Source: a virus (taxonomy: Duplodnaviria; Caudoviricetes). From it: DNA of 59,920 nt. Positions 18,142-27,617 of this stretch are shown piece by piece (positions within the stretch are counted from its first letter, which is position 1; the number at the start of each line of letters is the position of its first letter). Where the stretch lies: positions 1 to 59,920 of IMG/VR virus record IMGVR_UViG_3300035199_000797. One strand, given 5' to 3'. Position numbers and translations under genes: made by a program. The notes under the pieces were generated by a model. That model was not told the DNA's origin and ran no database searches. It saw nothing but the letters and a program-made list of their open reading frames with translations.

Positions 18142-20232
18142 ATGGTATCTGGAGAGGACATACGAAACTTTTTTCAAACCAACTTCAATATGCGAAGTAC
18201 GCTTTTTTGGTTGCATCAAAAGCGTGAACTCCAGCGACACCAGAGCTTTTTCGATACCGTTGAAAGTCAGCCTCTGACGGGTCTTCAACGCCGCTCAGTC
18301 ATCCTTGATGAACGTAGAAATCTGGTCGTTGCCGGTGCCGGCACCGGCAAGACATCCGTGATCGTCGCCAAGGCGGGCTATCTGATCGAAAGCGGCAAGT
18401 GCAAGCCGGAAGATATCTTGCTCCTTGCGTTCAATGCGGATGCAGCGAAGGAATTGGCTGAAAGATGCAAGAAGCGCTTGGGAGTCGAAATCCAGGCATC
18501 AACTTTCCACGGCTTGGGTAACCAGATCATCGGATCGGTCGAACCCGTAGTGCCCACCATTTCCCGCCTCGCGCTGGACCAACAATATTTCGGCCAGTTC
18601 CTCGGCACGGTCATCAATGAGCTCAAAGGCGATACTTGGGTCTGGAGAAAGGCCCGAACCTTTGTTCTAGGACACCTCAAAACCTATAAGGCGGAAGCCG
18701 ATTTCAATTCGCGCGATGCCTATGAGGCCTACATCCGCGCGGTTGAGCTTCGCGCCCTATCGGGCGATCTAGTGAAGAGTTTCGCCGAGCTGGATATTGC
18801 CAATTTCCTTTTCCACAACGGTGTCCGGTTCGAGTACGAAGCGCGCTACCCGCACGTGCCTGAGCGGTATCAGCCTGACTTCTATCTCCCGGACTACGGC
18901 ATCTGGATCGAACATTTCGGGATCGACAAAAAGGGCAACACCGCGCCATTCATCGACCGAAATAAATATCACCGCGAGATGGCATGGAAACGCGGGATAC
19001 ACGCTCTGTACAACACGAAGCTGCTGGAAACTTTTAGTTGGCAGAAGTCAGATGGCGTCCTAACGCGGCGGCTGAACGATCTTCTGAAAGGCGCCGGGGT
19101 CGAGTACGCACCACGCTCCCAAGACGAGATTCTTGAGGCCCTGCAACGGGCGGGATACACGACGCAGCTCGCCGTCCTGGTCGGGACGTTCCTCTCCCAT
19201 TTCAAATCCAACCATTTGTCGTTGGCGAAGTTGAAGCGCAAGGCGAAAGCGTCGGCAAATGCCGCGCGGGCCAATGCGTTTTGTGAGCTGTTCGAGTACT
19301 TCTTCGAACGATACCAATCCGAACTCGACAGCAAAAATCCAAGAGAGATCGATTTCAACGACATGATCGCATCGGCGACGCGGTACGTACGGTCCGGCGA
19401 ATTCTCTGTTCCCTGGAAGTACATCATCGTCGATGAATTCCAGGATATCTCCGTCGGCCGGTATCTATTGCTCGAAGCCATGTTGAAGAGCCGGCGTGAC
19501 CTTAAGTTTTTTGCCGTCGGCGATGATTGGCAATCCATTTATCGCTTTGCCGGCAGCGACATTTCGATCATGAGCCGGTTTAGGAGTTTTTTTGGCCGCG
19601 CCACGATTGTGAAGCTCAACCGCACCTTTCGCTTTAACGACAAGATTGCCTCCGTCAGCGGAGACTTTGTTCAGAAGAACCCGAACCAGATAAGAAAGAG
19701 ACTCCACTCAAAGATCAAATGTGAAGGCCCGCAAATATTCTTGCACTGGGCCGATACGATCTGGGGCAAACAACATTCGGACCGTACGACGCTTGTGACC
19801 GTCATCGACTTGTTAAAAAAGGAGCCTAGTCTGGAAGGTGCCTCTCTTCTGATATTGTCGCGATATAATCATCAGCTACCGGACCGCACAGCCATAAAGG
19901 TCCTTATGGATTTTTGGCCTGGTGAATTGAAACCTCCCTCGACGGTACATAGAGCCAAAGGACTGGAAGCCGACTACGTGATCGTAAACGGGTTGAGCGC
20001 CGAGAAATACGGGTTCCCTTCAGAATTCGAAGATGACCCTTTGCTGAATCTCGTGCTTGCGCATCCAGACAAGTTCGAACATGCCGAAGAGCGAAGATTG
20101 TTCTACGTCGCATTGACTCGGGCAAGACGCCAGGTCCACCTGATTGTTGACCGAACTCATCCGTCATGTTTCGCACTCGAGTTGCTTAACGGCGAGTACA
20201 ATGTGAAGCATATCGGCTTTTTGCCCAGATAA
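18142..20232 (+). CDS. UvrD/HelD (helicase IV-like) SF1 helicase with inserted nuclease domain
   Basis: AGAGTGKT, DEFQD, VGDDWQSIYRF, HRAKGLE, EERRLFYVALTRA; YQPDFYL...IEHFG insert. Confidence 0.9.
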   Translation: MVSGEDIRNFFQTNFNMRSTLFWLHQKRELQRHQSFFDTVESQPLTGLQRRSVILDERRNLVVAGAGTGKTSVIVAKAGYLIESGKCKPEDILLLAFNADAAKELAERCKKRLGVEIQASTFHGLGNQIIGSVEPVVPTISRLALDQQYFGQFLGTVINELKGDTWVWRKARTFVLGHLKTYKAEADFNSRDAYEAYIRAVELRALSGDLVKSFAELDIANFLFHNGVRFEYEARYPHVPERYQPDFYLPDYGIWIEHFGIDKKGNTAPFIDRNKYHREMAWKRGIHALYNTKLLETFSWQKSDGVLTRRLNDLLKGAGVEYAPRSQDEILEALQRAGYTTQLAVLVGTFLSHFKSNHLSLAKLKRKAKASANAARANAFCELFEYFFERYQSELDSKNPREIDFNDMIASATRYVRSGEFSVPWKYIIVDEFQDISVGRYLLLEAMLKSRRDLKFFAVGDDWQSIYRFAGSDISIMSRFRSFFGRATIVKLNRTFRFNDKIASVSGDFVQKNPNQIRKRLHSKIKCEGPQIFLHWADTIWGKQHSDRTTLVTVIDLLKKEPSLEGASLLILSRYNHQLPDRTAIKVLMDFWPGELKPPSTVHRAKGLEADYVIVNGLSAEKYGFPSEFEDDPLLNLVLAHPDKFEHAEERRLFYVALTRARRQVHLIVDRTHPSCFALELLNGEYNVKHIGFLPR

Positions 20233-20267
20233 TGAGAGTGTGGGACAGGGACGCGGTTCATTTCGGC

Positions 20268-20420
20268 AATGTCGTGCTCGATAATGTCGGCTTGCGGGAG
20301 GTCGAGGAGCGGCACGGGGTGCGGCATGGACATGGGCGGAAGGTGGTGAGGGGGCTGGAGCGGTATTGCAAAGTGGCGAGGTGGTTAGAGAAGAGAGGTT
20401 TTATCGACCAACATAGTTGA
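20268..20420 (+). repeat. Diverged copy 3 of the late-regulator 3' end
   Basis: NVVLDNVGLREVEERHGVRHGHGRKVVRGLERYCKVARWLEKRGFIDQHS*. Confidence 0.9.
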
Positions 20421-20705
20421 CCTGGCCATCAGCCTGGATCAAAGCTATTTCGATCCCGGCAATTCGGCAGCGATCAATTATCTTCTGGGCCAGCCGATTT
20501 GTCCCTTCTGTGTAGGGGACGACTGCGATATTCCTTTCCTTGCCCGGGCAGCGAGTCATTAAGAGGCCGACCGCCTCACATAGTCCGCTACGAAGGCGGG
20601 ATTTTTGACCTGCGTGGCGGGTGTTCATTATCCCTCCCTTACATTCCGCGATGAATGTTTGGTGGTCGGTCAATGCCACTACATTCCCAAGACCAGGTAT
20701 CAGCC
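20401..20705 (-). pseudogene. 5'-truncated paralogue of the 15517-16119 nuclease
   Basis: IAECKGG...IEIALIQADGQVNYVGR nearly identical to the C-half of 15517-16119; N-half absent. Confidence 0.85.
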
Positions 20706-21046
20706 GTAGCGTCAGGTACATACGAATTAGTAGGTGCATGACACTTGTCGCGATATGGAGCCTAGAAATTTGTATGCCCAATAACCATATGTTAACGTAA
20801 TTAGGTATTGACTAAGTCTCGACGTTGTGGCTAAGGAAGCGAATCGTTGCATAACAACAAGTTTCGCAGTAATATAAGCATTATTGTTAGTATGGAACCT
20901 AAACCCCTTTAGCCTCAATAGGTTAGAGTCCTCGGCAGCAAGATCAAATACACATAAAAGTGTGCGGGGCGAAAGTAAGCCAGCCGATTCTGTTGGCGCG
21001 GCGAGTGTAGTAGCCGCCCCCACTTCGACGGAGAAAGGATTATGTC

Positions 21047-21271
21047 ATGTCGCAAAAGGAGCTGTTGATAAACCGACTTGTCGATGACGAACAGCGTCGG
21101 CATGTCGATATAAAGTTTTTGCGTGGCCCGCGTGAGGCCTCAGAGGAAGACTTTTGCCAAGAAGTGAACGCCGCGCTTTTTCAGGTCCGTAGTGGCCAGG
21201 CCGCTTCCGAAGAGGCCTTTGAAGAAGACGTGACGCCCGTTGATTGGCGAGAAGTAGTCAATAACTTGTAA
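21047..21271 (+). CDS. Small acidic hypothetical protein
   Basis: 74 aa, upstream of the peptidase-like gene. Confidence 0.6.
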   Translation: MSQKELLINRLVDDEQRRHVDIKFLRGPREASEEDFCQEVNAALFQVRSGQAASEEAFEEDVTPVDWREVVNNL

Positions 21272-21315
21272 GGCGCGGCCTTTGCAACCTATCTGACATG
21301 TGTTAGATAGATTGC

Positions 21316-21906
21316 ATGCCTATGGATATATTTGAATACTTCGGAAGCTTTACTAGACTTCCCGTAACAATAGATGATATTGCCGGCTTTATGTTGGAAC
21401 GGCAGTATATTGACAGAATCTTTTTCCATCCCGTTAAGGTTGAAAGTGCTATTCTGCATGCCCTATATCATCGTGTAGATGAAATATCTCCACCATACGC
21501 TCCTGATAGAGAAGTGAGGGTTGCTCATATCTACTATGCAAAAGACCTTGATTTGCAATCCCGGCGTATTGCTGTCTGCAAGGAGTTGGTTCACGTTCTT
21601 GATGGCGAGGGAACACGCGCATTATCAACCGAAGAGATCGGTACGCTGATTTCACAGGTCGTGTTGCCATTTGATATCCAGAATGCCAATCGCGCTGCCA
21701 TCTGGGACCGATTCGCGATCATAAATGCGTTGAGGCTCCTCTTTCCAAGAGATGCACTCGAAGCATTTCTTCCTTTCTATGAAAAGGGTGAGGTTACCGC
21801 AGAAGAACTCTCGATACTGGCAGAGATTCCTGAAATGTATGTGAGATTTCTTATGACACCACAATGGCAGACCATTTTGGATGCAATGGAAAATAATGAA
21901 AATTAA
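21316..21906 (+). CDS. ImmA/IrrE-like metallopeptidase-fold protein (KELVH variant)
   Basis: HIYYA...RRIAVCKELVHVLD...ALRLLFP. Confidence 0.6.
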   Translation: MPMDIFEYFGSFTRLPVTIDDIAGFMLERQYIDRIFFHPVKVESAILHALYHRVDEISPPYAPDREVRVAHIYYAKDLDLQSRRIAVCKELVHVLDGEGTRALSTEEIGTLISQVVLPFDIQNANRAAIWDRFAIINALRLLFPRDALEAFLPFYEKGEVTAEELSILAEIPEMYVRFLMTPQWQTILDAMENNEN

Positions 21907-22166
21907 GGCCCTTAGCCCAAACTGAACAAAATGCGGCATGGCCGGCGATCCGCTCGATAACTTGGAATTTGAGCATACACACCCAAGCACCTAGCGATTG
22001 ACTCTGACATGCGTATGCGGCGTTCGCAGGCCGTTCAAAATTTTACTTGACCGTCGGTCCAGGGCAAGAGTTCGTCGACTCGGCTTTGCGGGGTGGCTTT
22101 GGGCGTTGGGATGTTGCCAAGGTTATCTCAGCCCCACAACAAGCGGCGCGGCGCCGGCGCCACTAT

Positions 22167-23381
22167 TCAAAAGAGCTTGAGCTTCAGCCAGATCGGCCGG
22201 TGATCCGAGAACACCCGCGTTGCATCGTCTAGGCTCTGGTTCTCCGTCCTCGATTTCGCCTTATCGAGCGCCGCGGCATCCAACAAGGTGAAGGCTTCGG
22301 ACTTTGGCACAGCCTTCGATTTCGCCAGTTCTTCCGCGTATTTGGTGACGCCGTAGCTACGTGTTTTTTCCACTTTGGCAACTTGTGCCTTGATATAGGA
22401 ATTGGCGTCCATGAACGAGATTATGCCGCAGTCCTTCAGTAGGCTGCCGTCGTGCGCCAGCATTTGTGCCAGTGGGGGGCTCAGCAAAAACTGATCATAG
22501 AACTGGCCGGCGCTGCGAAACGCCAGGTTCGTCCTCAAATCATCTGACTTGGCCTTGCCCAGGTAGCTGATGTCACGGAACAGGTGAAATATTTTGCCGC
22601 TTTGATCGAGAGCGGCTACATGCGCCTCGCCCAGGTAGTTCTCAACTCTGGACGTTTTTTGATAACCCCAGTTCATATCACCCAGCGCGATCGCGAGCTG
22701 GCTGTCACGAGCCGCCAACCAATCCGCCATCTTGATCATCTGGCTGCCGCGGTCCGGATCTTTCGGAGTCAGATGGACCGAACCGATGCTGATTTCTCGG
22801 CTCTCCTCACCCTTGGTGGCATCGAGTTGCCAAACGGCCATATCCCGCTTCGGGCCCAGGTCGAAGTAACCCACCCAAGCCGCTGAGAGCTCATATCCAG
22901 GGGGCTGTTTTCGATATGCGATAAGCGAGGTTTCTCTACCCGCTCCGCTACCCGAGGCGCCATCTGCAATGTCCACCGCCCAGTCCGAACCAAAGAGAAT
23001 ACGCAACTGGGCGACCATCGAATCCAGGATCTTTTGCTGGAACTCCGTTGCAGGGTCATCGTGTAAGAGGCCCAGGCCTACTTCCTGCAGCATGATGACA
23101 TCGGCCTCGTCAATGAGGTCCACCAATGCCGCCAGGTCCTTCGGCCCGCGGCCCACGTTGCCGAAATTCCGGACATTCATGCTCACCAATGTCAATTGGC
23201 CTTCCGTCGAAGGGACGAGGCCTTTGGCGAACCGTGGATCATTCGTTACGACGTTGGCGTCTGCGCGGGATGGATAGTTCTGCGCAGAGGATGTCGGCGC
23301 GAGAATTACCGCGGCAAGGAGTATCGTCAGCGCGGCCGGCCATTTCAGAAACGGTCCAAAGAGGAAATCTCTCATTTGCAT
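22167..23381 (-). CDS. Secreted EEP (DNase I-like) nuclease/phosphatase
   Basis: Signal peptide; SMNV, LQEV, VHL, GDMN, YDQF and SDHRP motifs. Confidence 0.85.
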   Translation of the reverse strand: MQMRDFLFGPFLKWPAALTILLAAVILAPTSSAQNYPSRADANVVTNDPRFAKGLVPSTEGQLTLVSMNVRNFGNVGRGPKDLAALVDLIDEADVIMLQEVGLGLLHDDPATEFQQKILDSMVAQLRILFGSDWAVDIADGASGSGAGRETSLIAYRKQPPGYELSAAWVGYFDLGPKRDMAVWQLDATKGEESREISIGSVHLTPKDPDRGSQMIKMADWLAARDSQLAIALGDMNWGYQKTSRVENYLGEAHVAALDQSGKIFHLFRDISYLGKAKSDDLRTNLAFRSAGQFYDQFLLSPPLAQMLAHDGSLLKDCGIISFMDANSYIKAQVAKVEKTRSYGVTKYAEELAKSKAVPKSEAFTLLDAAALDKAKSRTENQSLDDATRVFSDHRPIWLKLKLF

Positions 23382-23469
23382 TTCTCCTAACTGAAAAGGC
23401 CGGCGCTCCAATGGCGCCAGAGGACTTGTGGCCAGGTGCTTTGGCGCGCTTTCGCCGGAGGCAAGTTGC

Positions 23470-24477
23470 TCAATTCGCCCCATAGGTAATTTTCACCGTC
23501 TTGCCGTCTGCATCAGTCCCACGCCCTGTGCCCATGCCCAATTTGTGACTGATGTAGGTTCCCGATGCACTTCTGCCGTCGGAACATGTGATTGCCCATG
23601 TTCCGGTCGGCAGTTTGTCCGTTCCATATTTCCCCGACGCGAATTGCCACCTGCCCTGGCACGAGATGTTTCCCATGTATACATCGAATGGGCCCTCTCT
23701 ACTGGTGATCTGGTAATTCAGGTATCCAATTAACAGATCGCCGGATCCACCCCAATTTGCGGCAATTGGAACGTATTTCCATTCGCCCTCAGCTATAACT
23801 CTTCTGTCGTTGTCTCCGGTTGGATTGGCAGGCTTTGCCGCCATTTTATTCTGTTCCGTGGGCGGCTCGTACCCACCTTTATGGCCAGATAAAAGAACTA
23901 CGCGTTTTGCGAACTCAGATCCAATCGTCTCTGTTTGACAATATAACCCTCTGACCAAATTGTTGGCGGAATACGAAAATGGTCGCCCGGCACTCGTATC
24001 GTCATATCCAAATCCCCAACTAATACAGTTTCCGTCGCCTACTTTAAGAAAATGAATATTTAGTTTGCCAAGCTGGCCGTGAAATGATTCCGATGCTCCC
24101 CATTCGATCACTTTGTTTGCTGTGAGTCCAAATGTGGATTCGATCGTATCCTTATCGTCGATGCTACCTTGGAAATCCCAGGTGAATCCAGGATCGGCTT
24201 TCCATCCGGCAACAATTGCAAACCGGTTAGCGGCCTGCCATCGAATAATCTCAACAAATCCTGGCAAAGAGCCTGTCCACGCTCTCTTTGCTGTTTCAAG
24301 TTTCAGATCTATGGCTTCGCCTCTGAATATGACCTCCAACTCGTCCTCCGACACCGTCTTCCAGGCTATATCTTCAGCATTTGAAACATTTGGGGCCACA
24401 AGGAGGGCGAGGATAAGGGCATAAAGAAAATGCCTGGCCCCGCACTTCGCGAGGGTGAAACTCAAAGGTAGATGCAC
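23470..24477 (-). CDS. Secreted hypothetical protein
   Basis: GGGAGG RBS with GTG start; signal peptide; paired cysteines. Confidence 0.55.
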   Translation of the reverse strand: MHLPLSFTLAKCGARHFLYALILALLVAPNVSNAEDIAWKTVSEDELEVIFRGEAIDLKLETAKRAWTGSLPGFVEIIRWQAANRFAIVAGWKADPGFTWDFQGSIDDKDTIESTFGLTANKVIEWGASESFHGQLGKLNIHFLKVGDGNCISWGFGYDDTSAGRPFSYSANNLVRGLYCQTETIGSEFAKRVVLLSGHKGGYEPPTEQNKMAAKPANPTGDNDRRVIAEGEWKYVPIAANWGGSGDLLIGYLNYQITSREGPFDVYMGNISCQGRWQFASGKYGTDKLPTGTWAITCSDGRSASGTYISHKLGMGTGRGTDADGKTVKITYGAN

Positions 24478-24777
24478 GCCGGCCTCCCATCCGAGCAGTT
24501 GTCCGCCGCGGCTTATTTTGCCCTTACGGCCTGCCCAGCTACACGTTATCGTAATGACACGTCGAACTGTATGCAATCTTCTCAGCGGTGGGCGTTGGTT
24601 GATATGGCGATAAAATTTAGAGCGGTGCGGCAGGCTGGCCGGGCACAAACCATCATGACGTGCGCCTTTCAGGGCTTGATGGTAGGCTTTTCGGCAACTT
24701 GCTAGTGGAGAGGGCGATGCGAATGCGTTTGCCAGCCAGCGTGCTCCGCTCCTAGACAATTGACAGGGAGATAAATC

Positions 24778-25764
24778 ATGCGGCTGATCCTGTTATGCGT
24801 TTCCTTCACGTTCTGTCTACTGCTCCAGCCGGCGTCCGCCTGGGCCTGGGGCCAGAACGGCCACCGTATCGTTGCGGCCATCGCAGAGGCGCACCTGACC
24901 CCCGAGGCGGCGGCAATGGCCAAGAAGATCCTCGGCGGCCGTAGCCTGGCGCAGGTCGCGACCTGGCCGGACGAGATCCGCTCCGATCCCAGCTGGAACT
25001 GTTCCAAGCCGTTCCACTTCGCCACGATCCCGCCCGGAGCAAAGTATCCGGATAAAGGCGTTGCCGAGGGTGACTCTCTGCAGGCGGTAACCTATTACAC
25101 CGACCAGCTCATCGCCCAGAACACGTCCGCCAGGGACAAGGAGATCGCCCTCAGTTTCGTTGTCCACATCATCGGCGATATCCACCAGCCTCTGCATAAC
25201 GGCCTCGGTTGCGATCTCGGCGGCAACACTGTGCGCGTGGAATACTTTGGCCAGTCGAAAAACCTGCACTCGGTCTGGGACACGGCAATGCTTGAGTCCG
25301 AAGGCCTGAGCTTCACCGAGTTCGCCAATTTCCTCGACCACGAGAAAGTCCCTGATGCCGTCGCCTCAACCAGCTCGACGCCGGTCGACTGGATCAAGGA
25401 CAGTCAAAAGCACCTGCCTGGCGCCTACCAGTGCGACGTCGGCAAGAAAGGGGACGGATGCAAGTGCTATTGCGGGGATTGCGCCAACGGCCTGTCGCCG
25501 ATCGGCGGCTGCGGTATCCAGACCTGCTCAATCGATCCAGCCGCCATGACGGTTAAGCCGGTTCTGAAGTACACCTACAAGTTCCGGAACCTGCCCGTGG
25601 TCAGGGAGCAGCTACTGGCAGGTGGTATCCATCTGGCGGCGCATCTGAACTGGGTGCTGAGCTCGGCGCCGACGCCACCTGCAGCTTATAAGAAGATGAG
25701 CGACCAGGTGCGTGCTTTGCAGGACTGGGACAAGGCGCCGGGGAGCTGTCACGGCGACTCGTAG
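24778..25764 (+). CDS. S1/P1 nuclease, secreted
   Basis: AWA/WGQNGH, WPD, HIIGDIHQPLH, NLHSVWD. Confidence 0.93.
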   Translation: MRLILLCVSFTFCLLLQPASAWAWGQNGHRIVAAIAEAHLTPEAAAMAKKILGGRSLAQVATWPDEIRSDPSWNCSKPFHFATIPPGAKYPDKGVAEGDSLQAVTYYTDQLIAQNTSARDKEIALSFVVHIIGDIHQPLHNGLGCDLGGNTVRVEYFGQSKNLHSVWDTAMLESEGLSFTEFANFLDHEKVPDAVASTSSTPVDWIKDSQKHLPGAYQCDVGKKGDGCKCYCGDCANGLSPIGGCGIQTCSIDPAAMTVKPVLKYTYKFRNLPVVREQLLAGGIHLAAHLNWVLSSAPTPPAAYKKMSDQVRALQDWDKAPGSCHGDS

Positions 25765-25888
25765 CGGTGCATTTTTGAGAGTGTTTTCCGTTGGCCTAGG
25801 CCATCATGCCCAGGCCAATGCTAGGGGTATCCGATAGCAAAGGATCAAGGGTTGACCCTGGGAAAATTGTTCGAGAGCGGTGGACGGC

Positions 25889-27052
25889 CTACTTCCTCCC
25901 GCCTGCTAGTTCGGTGATTGACGCCAATTGTGCCCAAGGTATGGGTATCCGGCGCGGGTTCGACCCGTCCACCGCCACCCGCCAAAGTCCGCCACTGGGT
26001 TCTCCTGCGTTAATTGGAGATGCTACAGCGTAAAATAAAAAAAATGATTCATCGTTAGAAAGTGTAAATTCTCCAGCATGCGTTACACCATTAGTTATCG
26101 TATTGAAATAAGTTACCTTTTTGTTTTTTCCATTTTCACGAGCCCAAATTCCCTGAGTTTTTGGTGGATTTACAAGCTTACCTATCGTTCCTTTATTTGA
26201 TCCGAAATATAATTTATGTCCATTATTTGCAGGTATTGGAGATCCAGAATAAGCGCGAGCAACATTAGATATATCATTGTCCATTACAAACTCTGGTCGC
26301 CAGTCGTTTTTATTTTCATTTATCAATATAATACCATTGTCACCGTACTTCTTTCTAAATTCCCAGTAGTTTCCATCAGATAAATACCTGGGATCCTTGG
26401 GATTGAAAAAAATATTACCTGACATATCTCCTGCGAAAACAAACTCATCCCCACGCCCCGTATAGTAAGGCCTGCTCGTCGCTCTGAAATCGAAATCAGT
26501 CAGGGTCTTGGTCTTGCCGGTTTTCAAGTCCAGACTATAAATATCAACGCCGGCAACGCGGACACGGGTGCGCGTCTTGGTGTTATCGGGGGTTTGGCTT
26601 ACGGTTGCAAAAATCAGCTTTCCGCCGTTCGGATGATACGATGGCCAAAGTTTGTAGCTGTCCGAATCCTCGACGATGCGCCAGTGCTCCGTCGCCAGAT
26701 CCATGATCGCCAGCTTGGTCGAATACCGGCCGGTGTCGTTGAGTTCGAATACCACCTCCTTGCCGTCGGGCGAGAACATGGCCCGCAGCCAGCTGTGGTG
26801 CGCCGGCTTGCGGTAGACCTTCAGGTTACCGCCATCCAGGCCCCAGGCAACTAAGTGACATTTCCGGGTGCGTGCCAGACCCGCCGGGCAATAGGTCGTC
26901 ATCACCCGCTCATTCGATGGGAACAGGACGCCGGTCATGATTTTTGCGTCTTCGGGCAGGACGGGAGACTTTAACCAGTCGGGTGGCTCATCGCCGCATG
27001 CGCCCAAGGCGAGCGTCAGGGCCAATGCCGCCAAGTGCCAGGCGGCCTTCAT
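25889..27052 (-). CDS. TolB-like beta-propeller lipoprotein
   Basis: Lipobox LGAC; FSPDGKEVVF and PSYHPNGGKLIF repeats. Confidence 0.8.
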   Translation of the reverse strand: MKAAWHLAALALTLALGACGDEPPDWLKSPVLPEDAKIMTGVLFPSNERVMTTYCPAGLARTRKCHLVAWGLDGGNLKVYRKPAHHSWLRAMFSPDGKEVVFELNDTGRYSTKLAIMDLATEHWRIVEDSDSYKLWPSYHPNGGKLIFATVSQTPDNTKTRTRVRVAGVDIYSLDLKTGKTKTLTDFDFRATSRPYYTGRGDEFVFAGDMSGNIFFNPKDPRYLSDGNYWEFRKKYGDNGIILINENKNDWRPEFVMDNDISNVARAYSGSPIPANNGHKLYFGSNKGTIGKLVNPPKTQGIWARENGKNKKVTYFNTITNGVTHAGEFTLSNDESFFLFYAVASPINAGEPSGGLWRVAVDGSNPRRIPIPWAQLASITELAGGRK

Positions 27053-27466
27053 TCGGTCGATATCCCAATTTGAAGACAGTCGCCGTCGGGCCTAATTCGC
27101 ATTGGCCGCACCACCCCATCCTCAACCGACATTTCCCAGATAAACTTCATTTCCATGGTGATAGTATCCAAATCGCGCCACTGCAGAAATAGATTTTTGC
27201 GCAGCTTTCTAGATAACCAAGGCCCAATCTGTTGACAGAGCTCATGTGGCCAAGTTTGTCGTCATCTAGACATATTTCTCTCAACGTTTTTCCTTTTTTT
27301 GGATTTCCTTGGCGCAAACCGGATTGTAGATCAGGGCGTGAAGCCGAAACCTGATCTCGTTATTGCGGAACATCCGGCATCAGGGCGGCGTCCCGTTGAG
27401 CGCGTCCTTGCCTTCGTTGATGTACTGCTCCGCTTCGACCCGTAGATTGTAAGAACCACTCCCCGC

Positions 27467-27495
27467 TTGACATTGGGGACGAAAAACACCAAGTT
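27467..27495 (+). promoter_or_regulatory. Putative sigma70 (late, pR'-like) promoter
   Basis: TTGACA-17 bp-CAAGTT, followed closely by a terminator. Confidence 0.45.
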
Positions 27496-27515
27496 CTCGT
27501 CAGATTCGATTTCTG

Positions 27516-27549
27516 CGCCCCGGTGAGATTCACGCGGGGCGTTTTCGTT
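27516..27549 (+). terminator. Rho-independent terminator
   Basis: CGCCCC...GGGGCG hairpin plus TTTTCGTT. Confidence 0.6.
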
Positions 27550-27617
27550 GGGGGGCAGGAATGTGGGTCAACATGGGGGCCGTCATAATCGATAGATGGT
27601 CAGGACGGGCTCCATGC

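Noticed and set aside
15381-20420. Regulator-tail repeats as a CRISPR array or attC sites
   Set aside because: They are over 100 bp, diverge in a codon-like way, are not palindromic, and no cas or integron integrase gene is present.
22040-22110. Possible fifth regulator-tail copy (GCGGGGTGGCT)
   Set aside because: Only a short AGWL match; the RHGH/GSLERYC core is absent.
27060-27450. Possible decayed gene upstream of the lipoprotein
   Set aside because: Only short broken frames with no recognisable motif.
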